Shown in pieces: positions 39,301 through 53,000 of a stretch of 64,000 bases of DNA. This DNA is from Azolla caroliniana (lineage: Eukaryota; Plantae; Polypodiophyta): assembly GCA_043228905.1 (NCBI GenBank), contig JBHGNT010000011.1, forward strand, positions 10,354,001 to 10,418,000. The letters run 5' to 3'. How positions within the stretch are numbered: position 1 is the first letter of the stretch; each line of letters starts with the position of its first letter. A program made the position numbers and the translations under genes. Under the pieces are notes generated by a model. It was not told the DNA's origin, made no database searches, and saw only the letters and a list, made by a program, of their open reading frames with translations.

Positions 39301-41500
39301 ATACATGTGTGGGGTTCTTCCGGTACGTCCGGACTACAGTGGCCCCACGCCTTGATAGACCTCTCTAAAAATCCCCTCGGCTGTCGCCGCTGAGGGTCTC
39401 GCGATTCCTCTCATGGTTGGGATGTACAGTCATGAATTGGATGGGATGGCGACCGTCTTGGCTCTTGACGTGCGCGTATGCCGAACCGTTGTCCAACACC
39501 TTCGTCTCCATGCGTGCTTCCGTGATGTACGGTTCACCGAGAATCACCAGGTGCGAGGATGTTTCCTGCACGAAGAAATGTTGATCTATCTCGATGTCAA
39601 CGATCTTTACGCGTACATTCGGGCACGCACCATGCAACTCCTCCATAGCACGCGTCGCCGCGCATATCATCCACCCATGCTTGGTGTTGATCGGCCATTT
39701 ACCCTTCCTGTAGAAATCCATGGACATCAGGTTGATTTCGGATCCATGGTCTTCCAAGGCCACCACCGGTTCCGAAACGTCGCCGATCCACACAGGGGTT
39801 TCCGTAGTTGCCCTGGCCCAATGCGGCTTCGCGTAGTGGCTTTCCGCCAGCTCATCTTCTAGGGCCGTGTCTTCTAAGTGCGTAGTCCGCACCTCCACCG
39901 GCTTCTCCGGTTCTGGCTCCGTCGAGAGCCTCTTCCGCTTCACCAAGTCTTCGATGGAGTCGTGAAACTCCCTCTTGGCGATTCCCAGCACCTCCCGCAA
40001 CAACAACTCCACTTTACTATCGAGGATCCGCTCTTCAAGGACCTCCCGTAGGTCCGTTGCTCTCTCGATTTCGGTGCTCAACCGAAACCCCGCCTGTTTC
40101 TTCCCATCCGGCGCGGCTAGGGAACCGGCACCGGTCAGTTTCGGTCCGAACCGGGTCTTGTACCTCTGCGGGGGACCGACCCCTCTGGCCTTTCCTGCCC
40201 ATTTGTCTTCCACCAGAACCTCGTAGTTTTGGCAAGCGGCTTCTACGAAGCCCGTTTTCTCTTTGACCGGATCGTCCCATCCGGTGACCTCCTGGACCCG
40301 CTGTTCCGCGCGGTCTGCCTCTTCCTTCTTCAGCCGAACTCCGGAGAGGCCTTCTAGCACTAGCGGCCAGAATCCAGAGTCCTTTGCCTTCCGGATATCA
40401 TCACCTGCGACCTGAATTCCCGCCGACACTGAGTAGTTAACGATTTCTACATGCCGTGCTGCGGCCTCTTCCATCAACCTCTTCATTCCGCCGAGCCCCA
40501 TATTTAGTTCTAGGGCTCTCCGGGTCTCGCTCGCGTGCACCTGCCCATTCCTGAGGTACACCACGTTGGTCCTGAGTGTGTCGGCGAAATCCGCGCAATC
40601 CTTCCGAATGTGACCGATCGCGTCACACCACATGCACCGCTGCCCAGCCGGCGGCCTCCCGTCGCGAGGTTGTTCGCCGCTATCTTTCCGGGCCTGTGCG
40701 ATCTGCAGGTCGCGCACCATCTGTGTCAGCTCCTCCAGAGCCGCTCCTCCGGATGGGCCTTTGACCACGTTGTTCGATGCCGATCCTGACTCCAGCCAAA
40801 TTCGGGTCTCTTCCTTCCTTCCGGCTGGCACCGATACCGGCTCCTCAAGCCTCCTCGCCGGGACCGGTCCTGACTCCGACGAGCTTTCATCGCTCCACTC
40901 GCGCCGTTTGTCGAAACGGCTGCAGACCCATTTTACTACAGCCCAGTCTGCCATGAGCCCTTCGTCCGTCTCCAATAGGGGACCCACCTTTTCCCTGTCG
41001 AGCGAGTCCACCGACTTGACAAACAGTAGTACTCGACTCGTTTCGAGCATGGTCCGGTCCACCGGTCCAACTCCTGGAGGAGCGCCGACGTGTTCCTCCC
41101 TTTTTCGGGGCTTTCCACCCACGCCATGAAGTCCCGCCTCGACAGCCAAAGTGAGTCATCAAACCCGTACTTCTCGAGGAGCTGCAACTCGAACTCCTCC
41201 CAAGTTTGGCATCCGGCAAGCAGCTCGAGCACCTCTGTGTGGATGCTCTGCGTCACCACCCGAGGGAATCCGGACAACCTCCTGTCCACGGGGATATCCC
41301 TCATGATCATTTCGGCCCGGTAAGCCTCCAAATAACTTGTGGGATTCTTCCCACAGAATCGGCCTATGCTGCCGACGATCGATTCAATGGCTCTGTCGAG
41401 GGTACCCGTCCCCTCGTGAGCGCTCACCAACCGGTCGATGGCTACCGCCATTGCCTGTGCTAGCTCCGATCCCCTCATCTTTTGACTCCTTTGCCGCCTG

Positions 41501-41518
41501 TTCACGTCGGGTTCACCA
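41501..41518 (-). promoter_or_regulatory. PBS complementary to tRNA-Trp (element B)
   Basis: Plus strand TTCACGTCGGGTTCACCA matches the 3' end of plant cytosolic tRNA-Trp as recalled. Confidence 0.88.
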
Positions 41519-44500
41519 ATTATGTCGCGAAGTTTCGCGTTTGCGTGTAGGAAGAGGCGGGACCACGGGGGTCTTGGACCAAGGAGGGAGTGAGAGAGAG
41601 AGAGTTGCAGATACACAGAAAGAAAATAAGAGCAAGAAACAGGAATCCGATTACTATAATCAGTAGCTTACAACTCGAACAATTACAACCGGCAAACCGG
41701 TAATGGACCTGACACGAGGTCCTACTCACGCACACAGACGACAACCACTTGACTCGAAGAAACAAAAAGGGGGGCGGGGGAGAGAGAGCCTCTGTTGGAA
41801 GCGCACGGGCTGTCCACGAAGCAGAGGCAGCGAACTCCCGACACCCACAGAGAATGACGGTCGGAGGAGAGAGAGCTTGGCCCTCGGTTCTGCAGCAGCA
41901 CTTCGTCCTCGTGAACGCGCGATCCCCTTTCTTCCTTCTCTCCCTCCTTAAGTAGTTCGCCAAGGGGAGACCCTCCTTCCCTAGTCAAATCGCTTTATTC
42001 CCTGTCCCTTTCGACAGAGATACGCACAAAATCCCCTAATAAATGTGTACTACCTAGTATTTACATCAGCCGACCTAATTATGAATTATGCACAAAATAT
42101 CAATTCTCGTGTCCACCCACGTAAGAGCCGGTTCATGCGCCTTTTTCTCCGATTCCGCCTATGGCCGGTTTTCTTCACGACAGCGTGTTAATTGCTTTCC
42201 ATTGATCGTTGGTTTACATACGAGTGAGATGTTGTGCTTAATGGGGCATTCATAATTACGTATGGTAGTAACGTATACATATTTTTGCCCACAATGATAG
42301 TTGTGCTTGAGACCAACTAGCGAGTAGAGTCCCAACTATCGTCAGGCATTTAGAGTTGCAATCAACCAAGCTTCATTACCACCTGATGGCTTCTAATATG
42401 TTTGAGGTTTTGAGTACCTCACGTTGTGGTTCCTTTTAGTTCCCATAGAAATTACTCTATGATTGGAAAAGACCACCTTGAGATCTACAAGTTCAAATGA
42501 AGAATCCAACTTCGCCTTGAAGAAGAATCACCTGAGAGATGCTATGTGAAAGAGTGAAGATAGAAAGAAAAGATAAATAAGATATATAAATCTAAAACTA
42601 CAAAGATTTATTGATCATGAAAGAAGGAAGATAGAAAGAAGATACAACTACAAGTATCTATTGATAAGAACAACACTAAATGAATTGTAAAGAAATCACC
42701 ACAAGAAAGAGACCCCACTCTCACCACCTTATTCTTCTTCATTTATATAAAAGTCTTCTCAACTAGATCACTTTCCCTTGCTTTCTTTTTTACTTTTTTT
42801 TAGAAGTTTTCCATCTCCTATTCTTAGCTATGACACAACGATCTTCAAATCGTCATATCTCCCTCTTCCTAGCTCCAAATGTATAGCTTTAAAAATTTAC
42901 GGATAGCTCTCTTCATAAGCTTTCTAACACATATTTGAACATGATATTTGGCTTCCAAACGAATGAGTTATGATCGTTCGTTTCAGACTGTATTTTGGTG
43001 GCCCGCTTTTTTCTTCTTTTACTTTTCTCCACGTGTCTTGCTTTTAGTTTGACTTATCCTTAAGACCTTGATTTGTGATCTTGCCCTCCGGATGTGAAAT
43101 TTACATCTAACCCTCCCCCTTGCTTTTTGGTGAACCATTTATGGTGAACCCTAAGTTACTAATAAAACAAAAAATTCTCCTTTGCCTTATTCATGGCTAT
43201 AGACAAAGGAGAGAAAAAAAGAAACAAATTATGTGAGTAAAACCCCCGCTAGTCGGTAGGAAAAACCTCACACTCCTAGACACACACCCACATACACATT
43301 GACAATTGCCATCACAATCTTTCTCCTTGTCAACACAAAGAAAGAGGTTACCACAATTACTATGTCTTTGTCAACTCTCCAAACACGAGTAGGGTCATGC
43401 GATACATAGCTCTTGACAAAAGTAAGCATGTCAACATATGAATAAACCTTTTGAGTGAGCGAACCTTTTGCACAAACACCTTCAAAGCTTTGAAACTTGT
43501 CGGAGTTGTCACCTTTTGAATTACTTTGATCTTTGATTCCACGTGAATTCCTTCTTGGCACATGACATTCTCCACACTACCTTGTTTTGTATGTTTGACC
43601 ATTTCATCTATAATCTCATCTCGAAAAGGAAGCAAAAATAGATCTCGTTTGGTTGAGTCATTCAAGGGTTGCAAGTTGATGTCTTTCTCCTTTGGAACCA
43701 CAACAATAAGTGAGACAAACTTCAAATCCTCCAACTTGATGTGGTGCTTGATGCCTTCTACTCTTATATGTGAATAATCATTTATGAATAACTTTGGAAA
43801 CTTAAAAAAAAGAGAAATAAACCTTAGATCATCTTCTCCTTGGACATCGTTTGAAATCATCTTCTTTTTCCTTTTTAGGGTGATAATACTTTTCTCTTCA
43901 TAGACTTCTTCTTCCTCCTTAGACACCATGTGGAATGATTTGTTTTCCCTATCCCACGAAGATTCATCAATTGTTATGCTTTCCTCTTCTTGCTTGCCAT
44001 TGTTGATAGATGATTCCTTCTCCTTTATACATTTGATTAGTTGTGGTGGATCCTTTGATGGTGATAAGTTCATGATACTCCAATCATGCATTACAAGTAA
44101 TTCTTTTGGCTCTTGATTGTTGTCCATAGGCCAAAAATATAAATACAAAATATGTAAACTCGTTGGTAGGTAGAAAAGTAGGTGAGGAAATAGGTAGAAC
44201 TAAAATAGTCGAGTTTTGAGCCCTCACAATCAGCCGATGGCTTGGCTCTGTGTAAAAAGAATAAAACTATATAAGCCGAGACCTGCATACCTGGAAAGGG
44301 AGAGATACCTAGATTATTTAGCAGGATTAATATCGTAGCACTGAGCTCTGCACAAAACTGTTTCCGGCCGAGAGCCGTGTATTGTAATCACTGTGAGATT
44401 TCTCATTTAATATAAATCTCGCTCTTACTGTTCCTTCATCTATGTATTGTCCCCGTATTCGTAAACCGAGCTACGTCTACGTCTATCGGGTTGTAGCCAG

Positions 44501-44625
44501 TGTACGCTCCCCGTTCCCCTAACGTCTTCTCGGTGTAGAAGAAGCCTCCACGTAACACGACCCCTTGATACCGATAGCCTCTAGGCTCATCGAAGGTGTT
44601 TCCTCCAGAAACGGTTAACACAATC

Positions 44626-44638
44626 TGGCATGCCCAGT
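44626..44638 (+). promoter_or_regulatory. PBS, tRNA-Arg-like (element C)
   Basis: TGGCATGCCCAGT 5 nt after the LTR; resembles the Tat/Ogre-type Arg PBS TGGCACGCCCAGT. Confidence 0.75.
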
Positions 44639-47600
44639 TACAGCTGTAAGGTAACAGTGAACTACATAGGAGGCAAACCTTAGCCGCCATTACGGCGCCC
44701 AATCGCATCACGCAGTCTTGGCCACCTACCTGATGCCCTGAGCTAGTCAAAGGAACTTCCGACTCAACGGTCACTGACCAATCTTTCCAAGAACTATCGG
44801 AGGTCCATTGGTTGCAATCCTCGCCACCTGATACCTAGTCGCGAGTTGATTCCGCACCGATCTCCTCGCCAAGCTCTCCAGAGGTCACCCAACCTGACCC
44901 TAACCCTTTCCTTGCTTTACCTGAAGACCCGGATCTCGATACCATGCCTTACCCTTACAGACGGGCTAGACGCAGAATCACACACCTGTGCTTTCGTGTC
45001 CACATGGCAGGCCAACCACGCGATGCAACGACTATCGACTGCCGAAATCGAGTCCTCCAAAATCACGGAATTTGCCCTATCCCTCGATGGACTGGCTGCT
45101 TGACGGAATTTGCCCTATCCCTCGACGTGGGGGGAGGCCACAACGTTCCAGGACGTCCGAACAAAGTTTCTAGAATTATTTCATCGCGAAGTTTCGAAGC
45201 GCGAACTGCTCCGACAGTTCTTTTCCATGAACCAAGAACCTCACGAGACGGCCACCCAGTTCACGATCTGGTTTCAGGATCTCTACCGACAACTGGTCGA
45301 CGATGTCTCCACACATCACATTCCGGATACCTTCCTTTCCAGCCTACGAGAGCCTCTATGGATGACTCTCACACTTACCAATTTCTCTAACCAGAAAATT
45401 GAGCAAGTCATCGCATGCGTCCTCGCCATCGATCAGACACAGCATAACACGACTTTCTCTATGGGCTCTTTGCAAAGCACCCTTCCTCCGGAGGAAAATT
45501 GGTTCCGACAAGCCCTCCAATGCACAACCTACTTGGGCTTGGGCCATATGGCTCTTGAGTGCCCTCACTAGCCACATTGTCCAATCTGTCAGTCCCAATC
45601 TCACACGATCGAACAATGTTAATACAACATGCTCAACCGCACAACGATGGCTCCGGTTCACCATATCGAGCCTCGAAATACATACTCACGGCAGAACGAG
45701 CGTCAGTCCTACCGACATCGGGATAACGAGCGACCACGATCCCTGGATCGTCAGTGTCGCGACGACAACTACCGCCGCAACGACAACCGCTACCGCCACA
45801 ACAACCGCAGGAGATCAGACGACCACCGTGACCAATACCGCGATGACCAATATAGAGCAAACGACGAGTATGACCGGTACGACAAAGACCGGGATGACCG
45901 GTACGATCAACGGTATTCAAGACACGATAGGAGGAACTCTCACAGAGGTCCGAGGAACAATCGACGGCATAACGACAATCGTCATCGGGACCCTCCTCAA
46001 AACGTACCACACAACTCTCTTCCCCATAACGCGCCATGGGCCAACATGCCTACACAAGCGGCCGGGAACCTCTCACACCCTCTGCCACACATTGATCACG
46101 GTGACACCAACAATTTGGCATCAGTTACCTGCTTTAAGTGTAACCAACCCGGCCACTACGCTACCCAATGCCCAACCAGAGACCGCGGCAAGGCCCCAAC
46201 CGTGAATATTATTATGGCCGACGTTCAACACGTCACTACACACAACAAAACCCATGCCATCCAATGGTAAGTACAAGATGAAGTCCGACAAGCAGCTAAG
46301 GAATGGATTGACACTGCCAACAAAAGCAACGTGGAGCGGATGCACACAGAGATGCAGGACGTGACCATCGGAGCACCATAGTCCACAGGACCATCCACCT
46401 AGGAAGAAGATGACCATCTGTGGGACGCCCTTACCAGTTCTAGGATCTCACTGCCATTGCATAAGCTTTTACCACTTATGCCACGCTTTCAGGATACATT
46501 GGCTACGCTCACGACTAGCACCAAATCGGCTACACCCCTTGTTAACCTGATAGAGCCAGGGACGGGCCCACCCCTCATGGATTCTCAAAATCCAGCAGTG
46601 AAAATCATGATTAAGGGACGTGACCTTCATGGATGCATAATCGACGGTGGCTCCGGCGTGAACGTCATCAGCGAGGCCACATGTCACAAACTCGGTTTGA
46701 ACCAGTGGGAACCTTGCCCCTTTTGGCTTCGGATGGCCGATACGCGATCGGTTCACCCCGTAGGGTTAATCCGCCACCTCGACTTCATGTTAGGAGGCCA
46801 CATGTTCACTATCTCGGCGGTCGTGTTACGCCTCGAAGCCCCGGGCGCCTACCCAATGCTGCTTGGATGACCGTGGCTGCGCACGGCAAATATTAAGCAA
46901 CATTGGTAGCAAAATATGATCTCTTTCTACCGGGGGAAGACCAAGGTATGGATAATAACAGAAGAATGCCTAACCATGCCCCACAACACCACACCCTTAT
47001 ATGCGGAAGGGGTACACGTGCTGGACGGGTTAGCCAACGACGAGGTGGATGACTTCCTGGAAGATCATCCCACCATCATACCCCTCTTCGAAATAGACGC
47101 CATCTCGGCCTCCGGCACAACACTAGACGAGGATGTCACGAAAGATTCACTTCGCTAGGATGAGCTAGATTCCACAACTATCGCGGAATTACGACATGCT
47201 CGGGACGCATTTGAACGAGAACTCGCCATCTCCCAGCAAGTCAAAGCATGAACACTCGATTCACTCAACCTCGGCTCCGACGAGAACCCACGTACACTAG
47301 AAATCGCTAACAACTTACCAGGCGATGAATGGTCAGCCTTCATACGCCTGCTCACGGATTATCAAGATGTATTCGCATGATCTTACACTAATATGAAGGG
47401 ATTGGATCCCTAATATTACTAACACCAAATACACCTCCTGCCTGACACTCGGCCGGTCCAACAATGACAATACTGTATGAACCCCAACTACGTGGCTAAG
47501 GTCAAAGAGGAGATCGACAAGCTCCTCCGAGTAGGTTTTATACGCCCAATAAAAAGAGCCACATGGTTAAGCCCAATCGTCGTCGTCCCCAAGAAAAACG

Positions 47601-50091
47601 GGAAAATCCGTGTTTGCGTTGATTACCGCAAACTCAATGCCGCGATAGTCACGGATGGGTTTCCTCTCCCGTTCACGGATAGTGTCCTCGACCCGGTGGC
47701 TGGTCATGAATGCTACAGTTTTCTCGATGGGTTCAGTGGCTATAACCAAATCAGAATGCACCCAGACGATCAAGAGAAAATGACATTTGTCACGGAATGG
47801 GGTGTCTTTGTGAACGAGGTAATGATGTTCGGATTAAAAACGGCACCGGCCACATTCCAACGCATCATCAACGAGATTTTCAACCAGTATATCCCGACGT
47901 TCATGCAAGTTTTCCTCGACGACTTTGCCATGTATGGCCAGCGGCTGGAGCATATGACCCAGTTACGCCTCTGTCTCGATCAATGTCGACAAGCTCGGTT
48001 GAGCTTAAATTCGGCAAAATGCGCGTTCTTGGTGACAAGCGGCAACCTGCTCGGGCACATAGTCAGTCAGGAAGGAATAGCCATGGAACTGGATAAAGTG
48101 AAAGCCATTCTGAACGCTCCCGCACCCTCTACCGCGAAGGCCTTCAACCGATTCCTGGGCCAAATAAGATGGCATAGCCGGATGTTATGACACCTGGCCG
48201 ATTTTGCGACTCCATTGCACGCGGCTGTGCATAGACTCCCATTTTAGTGGTCTTCAATAGAAGACGAGGCTTACCAATCCTTGAAATTAATGCTCTCCCA
48301 TGCCCCTATTGTACAACCACTAGTCTGGTCGGAATGTTTTCACGTCTTCGTAGACGCATCAGATATAGCCATCGTTGGTATCGGTCAGTGTATTATGCTA
48401 GCCGACGACTCTTGACTGCGGAGAAGAACTACTCAACAACTGAACGTGAGGCCCTCAAGATGTTCTACAACATCAACAAATTCCGGCATTACCTCTTGGG
48501 CCGGAAATTCACATTCCACGTCGATCACTCGACTCTCCTCTACTTGGTTAATAAACAAGCCCTCATAGGTTGCCTAGCCCGATGGATGCTCCTGCTACAA
48601 GAGTTTGATTTTCAGATCTAGCACCGGCCCAAAGTCCAACACGCCGTAGCTGACTACCTGAGCAGCCTCGAGTAAGGAGAACCACCCGAGTCCACGTACG
48701 ATGATCTACCTGACGCCGCCCTTTTAAGTCTTGCACGATGCTAGACGAAAATGAAGATGAATGGATCACTTAGATGACCCATTTCCTCAGCACTGGCCTT
48801 CCCCCCGACCACCTGACCCTCGACGCTCAGAAACGACTAGTTGTCTGGAGCCGAAACTTTTGTCTGGTCTCCGACACCCTCTATCACAAAGGCTCGGACG
48901 ACATCTGGTGCCGTGCAATCCGTCAATTCGAGAAACACGCAATCCTCCAGGAGGCACATCACGAAATTGCGGGGGAACATTATGCTGGAGAGTCCACAAC
49001 AAGAAAAATATGGTAGAGTGGCTTATGGTGGCCTACAACGAAAAAAGATGCTCATGAATTCTGTCGACAATGTGATTTGTGTCAACGCATTGGACAACCG
49101 ATCGAGCAAGCCCGGATGCCGCACCAACCCATCCTCCCGTTAGAACCATTTCAAAAGTGTGGGTTAGATTTTGTGGAACCTTTCAAACCAGCCGCGGCTC
49201 GCACCGGTAACAAATATATAATCGTGGCCACAGACTATTGCACAAAATGGGTCGAGGCTAAGGCACTACGGGATAACACGGCCGCATGCACGACAAAGTT
49301 CGTTTACGAACATCTATGGTGCCGTTATGGATGCCCAATCGAGCTCATTAGTGACCAAGGCGGGCATTTTATAAACCACATAATTCAGGAGCTCACTACA
49401 CAATACACGGTCCTACATAAAAAAAGTACACCATACTATCCTCAGGCAAACGGATTGGCAGAATCTACCAATAAAATTTTGCAAACAATCCTGAAAAAGA
49501 TCGTCAATGAGAACCGCATCGATTGGGATGACAAGCTCCAGAGTGCATTATGGGCGTATCAGACCACATTTAAAACTAGCATTCAATCTACACCCTTTCG
49601 GATGGCATTTGGTTTGGAAGCAGTCATGCCGATCGAGTTCCAAGTTGCGAGTCTCCGAGTTCAGGTTAAGGAAAGGCTACCCGAGGCCCAATCAAAGAAA
49701 TATCGGCTCGAACAACTCCTCGAACTTGGCGAACATCGAGTGGCCAGCATGGCTCAACTAGAACAACACCAACGATAACGCAAAGCCTTCGTAGATCGTC
49801 ACCAGAAAGGTACGGAGAAAACACTTGCCGTCGGTAAACCGGTACTTGTCTTCCAAACAGGACTCGGTGCCATGCCGGGGAAATTACGATTCCGATGGAC
49901 AAGCCCCCCCGTCTGGATAATTGACGAGTTTAACGGCACATTCCAACTTGGCACACTTATTGGAGACATCTTCAAAAGCTAGGTAAATGGATTCCGACTT
50001 CAACCTTACCAAGGAAATACCCTAGATAATCCCTTCGCCGAGTCTCACGGCACAGACCAGTTCACGGACGACGCCACGAAGGAGGCCACGT

Positions 50092-53000
50092 TGTCGCGTT
50101 GTTACACATGTGCGTGTAGAAGGGGCGGGACCACCGGGGTCTCAGACTAGGGAGTAGAGGAGAAAGAATAAGACACAAAATGGAAGCTTAGCTCCAAGAA
50201 GAAAACCCTAAATGAAACCCTAAAACCGAATAGGAAACCCTTGACCTAAGTGGTATGCCTCTCTCCCTCAAAATAGGCAACCCCTCATAAGTGACCCCTC
50301 CCTTCCTTTTATAGCCCAAGGAGGGAGGGACCTTACAATATGGGATAGAATTTCCCCTCTTATTTCTATACACCATTTCCTAGTATACATGTGCACATGG
50401 TGCACACCATCGATTTGCCTATTCCACCCCGGTTTCCGCCTATGGACGAAAATCTTCACGACATCCGCCCCCACCAAACCGCACATCAACCGGTATGTGC
50501 CAAGAAAGGAGACTTGAGGCGAGATTTTTCGGCCATGGCGATAAAACCGAGGTCCGCCGTGTCCTCGTTGGCCTTGCTCGGCTTCGTTTCCATTTCGAGC
50601 ATGCCCGTCCCTTCCACATGAACCGTTGTAGCATCCCGTTCCACCGTATTCGTCGCACGTCCTCGAGCCGACGGCTCCAACCGATCCACCACGTCCACCG
50701 TGTGTCCCCGAAACATCGACTCCATCCGAACCGCCATATCCAGCGAACGCGCCTTCCTCCCGGTCGGTCCTCCTGAACGTCATTGCCGATCCGGTCACTC
50801 TTACTGTCCGCCACGTAGCTCCTCCAATTAGGCCCTTGGTCACCCCGTTTGCTCGCCGGATTCCGCCCCTTGCGTACCGCTTGTGTTCTATCTCCGGCTC
50901 GATCCTCTCTTCATCTCGAACACCTTGTGCCGATTCCCTCCGTTCCGCGCTCACCTTCCGTAGGCTCTTTCCGTGTGCCCTTGTTGTCTCCCGAACATAC
51001 GCTCGTTCTTCGGTCCCTCGGCGACCTCATTACGCGCTCCTCGCTTCTCCTTTGCTTGCCGTGCTCTCTCGCCATAGAGCATACCGTCATCCCGACCACC
51101 ATGTCAGTGTCCTTCGCGACTCCTATTACTGCTTCATCCCGACTCTCGTCCTCTTGGCCCGCTTGGCCTCGCATGCCTTCCGGGACGCCGCGCTTCCTCT
51201 TCCTGGCGCGTAGCCCGTTGATCTCCACGCACCTCCCCCAGTTCTCAAGACATAGCCTTCCATGCTCGCCGATCATTCGCCGATACTGGCACCTCACTGC
51301 TCCGTCTCTCGCCGTGTGCATTCCTCGCAAAGGCTCGTATGTCCTCTGGGTGCGCTCCCGATCTCTCCGACCGCACTCCGGATTCCACCCTTTTCGTGCC
51401 GTGTATGTTCCTCTGGTTTTATCGTCTCCGCATGCCGAACACCTCGGTGTGTCGACTCTTCCTGTTCTACGCTTGCCTTCTGTCGGCTCTTCCCGTGCGC
51501 CGATGTTGTCCCCCGAATATGCGCTCATTCTTTGGCCCTTAGGTGACCCCATTACGCGCACCTCGATTCTCCCTTGCTCTCTGTGCTCTCTCGTAGTAGA
51601 GCGTATCGTCATCCCGGCCTCCGTGTCGGTGTCCCTCGAGGCTCTCGTAACCGCCGCGCCTCGACTTGCGTCCTCTTGGCCCGCCTGGCCCGCTTGGCCG
51701 CACACATCCTTTGGGATGCCCCGTTTGCTCTTCACGGTACGTGACCCTCCGTTCTCCATGCATCCCCTCCGTTTTCCCAGACACAATCCTTCGTTCATGC
51801 CGATCACGCTCGTCTCGTTCCGTTGATCTTGGCGTCTTGTCGCACCGTCCGTCGTCCCGTGCTTGCCTCTCAAAGGCTTCCTCCGACCGTCATCATCGGT
51901 CACTTGTTGCAGCTCCTTCGAATGCACGCTTGCTTCTTGGCCCTTTGCCGGCCGTAGTGCATGCTCCGTTTTACGCCGTAGTGCATACCCGTTGTCTCTT
52001 CGGTGTTATGTTGATCCACAACCGCCGAAGTCTCAAGAATAGGTCTGGAGGGTTCCTCTTGCTCTCGCTCTTCCGCCAAGCCGTAATCACCGTGCCCGGT
52101 TATCCTCCTTCTGGCGCTCACCGGGCGTTGTGGCTCGTTCGCCTCGACCTCCAATCATGCCGACTTAGCCTTCACCCAGATCGGTCTCGGCCGATCGAGT
52201 TCCGGTTTGGTCGGCTCCCTTCCGTAACCGTAACCGTAACCGGCCGGTACATGTTTGTCCGCACCAATCCGGCCTTGCCGGCTCTTCTTCGGTTCGGGCC
52301 CGGTTGACTGGACCCCGCTCCAATCTTCTTCCACCTCGTCTTCCAATCGGGTCGGTTCCCGACTCTCTCCTCCTTGCCGCTCCCAACCTCTCTGTCGGTC
52401 CTCTTGTATATGCCCGTTCTGGGCCTCGCATCCTCATCTTCGCACGTGTTCGCTCCGGGCCATGCCTCCTCATGGCCACCGCCCTTCTCTCTGGTCTTAT
52501 GTTGGCATTCGAGCGCAACCGCCGTAGTCTCCGGTCTCGGTGTCGAGAGGTCTTGCCTCCGTCCGCTATGACCTTCCTCGTCGTCGTTTCGATTGTCCGC
52601 TTTGCCGCCGCCACCTTCCGTCTCTCCGGTCTCACGTGGGCTCTCGGGGAAGTCTCTAGAATAGGTGTGGGAAAAGTCCCGGTACTGTTACTCGCCGATG
52701 TCATGTTCGTAGCCACCTTCATTCGGACGTCGTGGTCCGTAGCTATCTCTTCCTCGTTCTCCTCGTCGCCGTGGTAGCCCGCCTTGCCGCCACCACTGCC
52801 CGTCGCTCTAGGTCTCATGCCGGAGCGTCTAGGGCTGGTGTGTGTAAGGTTAGCCACCTCTATCCAGACGTCGTTGTCCGTGGCTACCCCGTCTCCAATC
52901 GCGAAAGCCTCGATTACACTTGCCGCGTCCTCTTCCTCGATCTCCTTGCCGTCGTCTTGGTTGCTCGCCTTGCCGCCGCCGCCGCCCGTCGCTCTAGGTC

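Larger units (their letters stand above)
28917..41480 (-). pseudogene. gag-pol: Element B gag-pol, frameshifted and interrupted by a chromovirus
   Basis: Gag GRFCGKNPTSYL, knuckle CMWCDAIGHIRKDC, protease DHGSEINL, RT DLYSRYDQ/LPQGGTNS/PFLDD, RH VDTSPTGIG, IN KWMVDLV...RRWFGPY. Confidence 0.9.
28184..42182 (-). mobile_element. Ty3/gypsy element B, tRNA-Trp primed
   Basis: LTRs 28184-28847 and 41523-42182 (TGTCG...CGACA); PBS 41501-41518; PPT-like TCCACCCCCACC at 28848; 4-bp TSD GCAT/GCGT; gag-PR, RT, RH and IN remnants. Confidence 0.95.
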
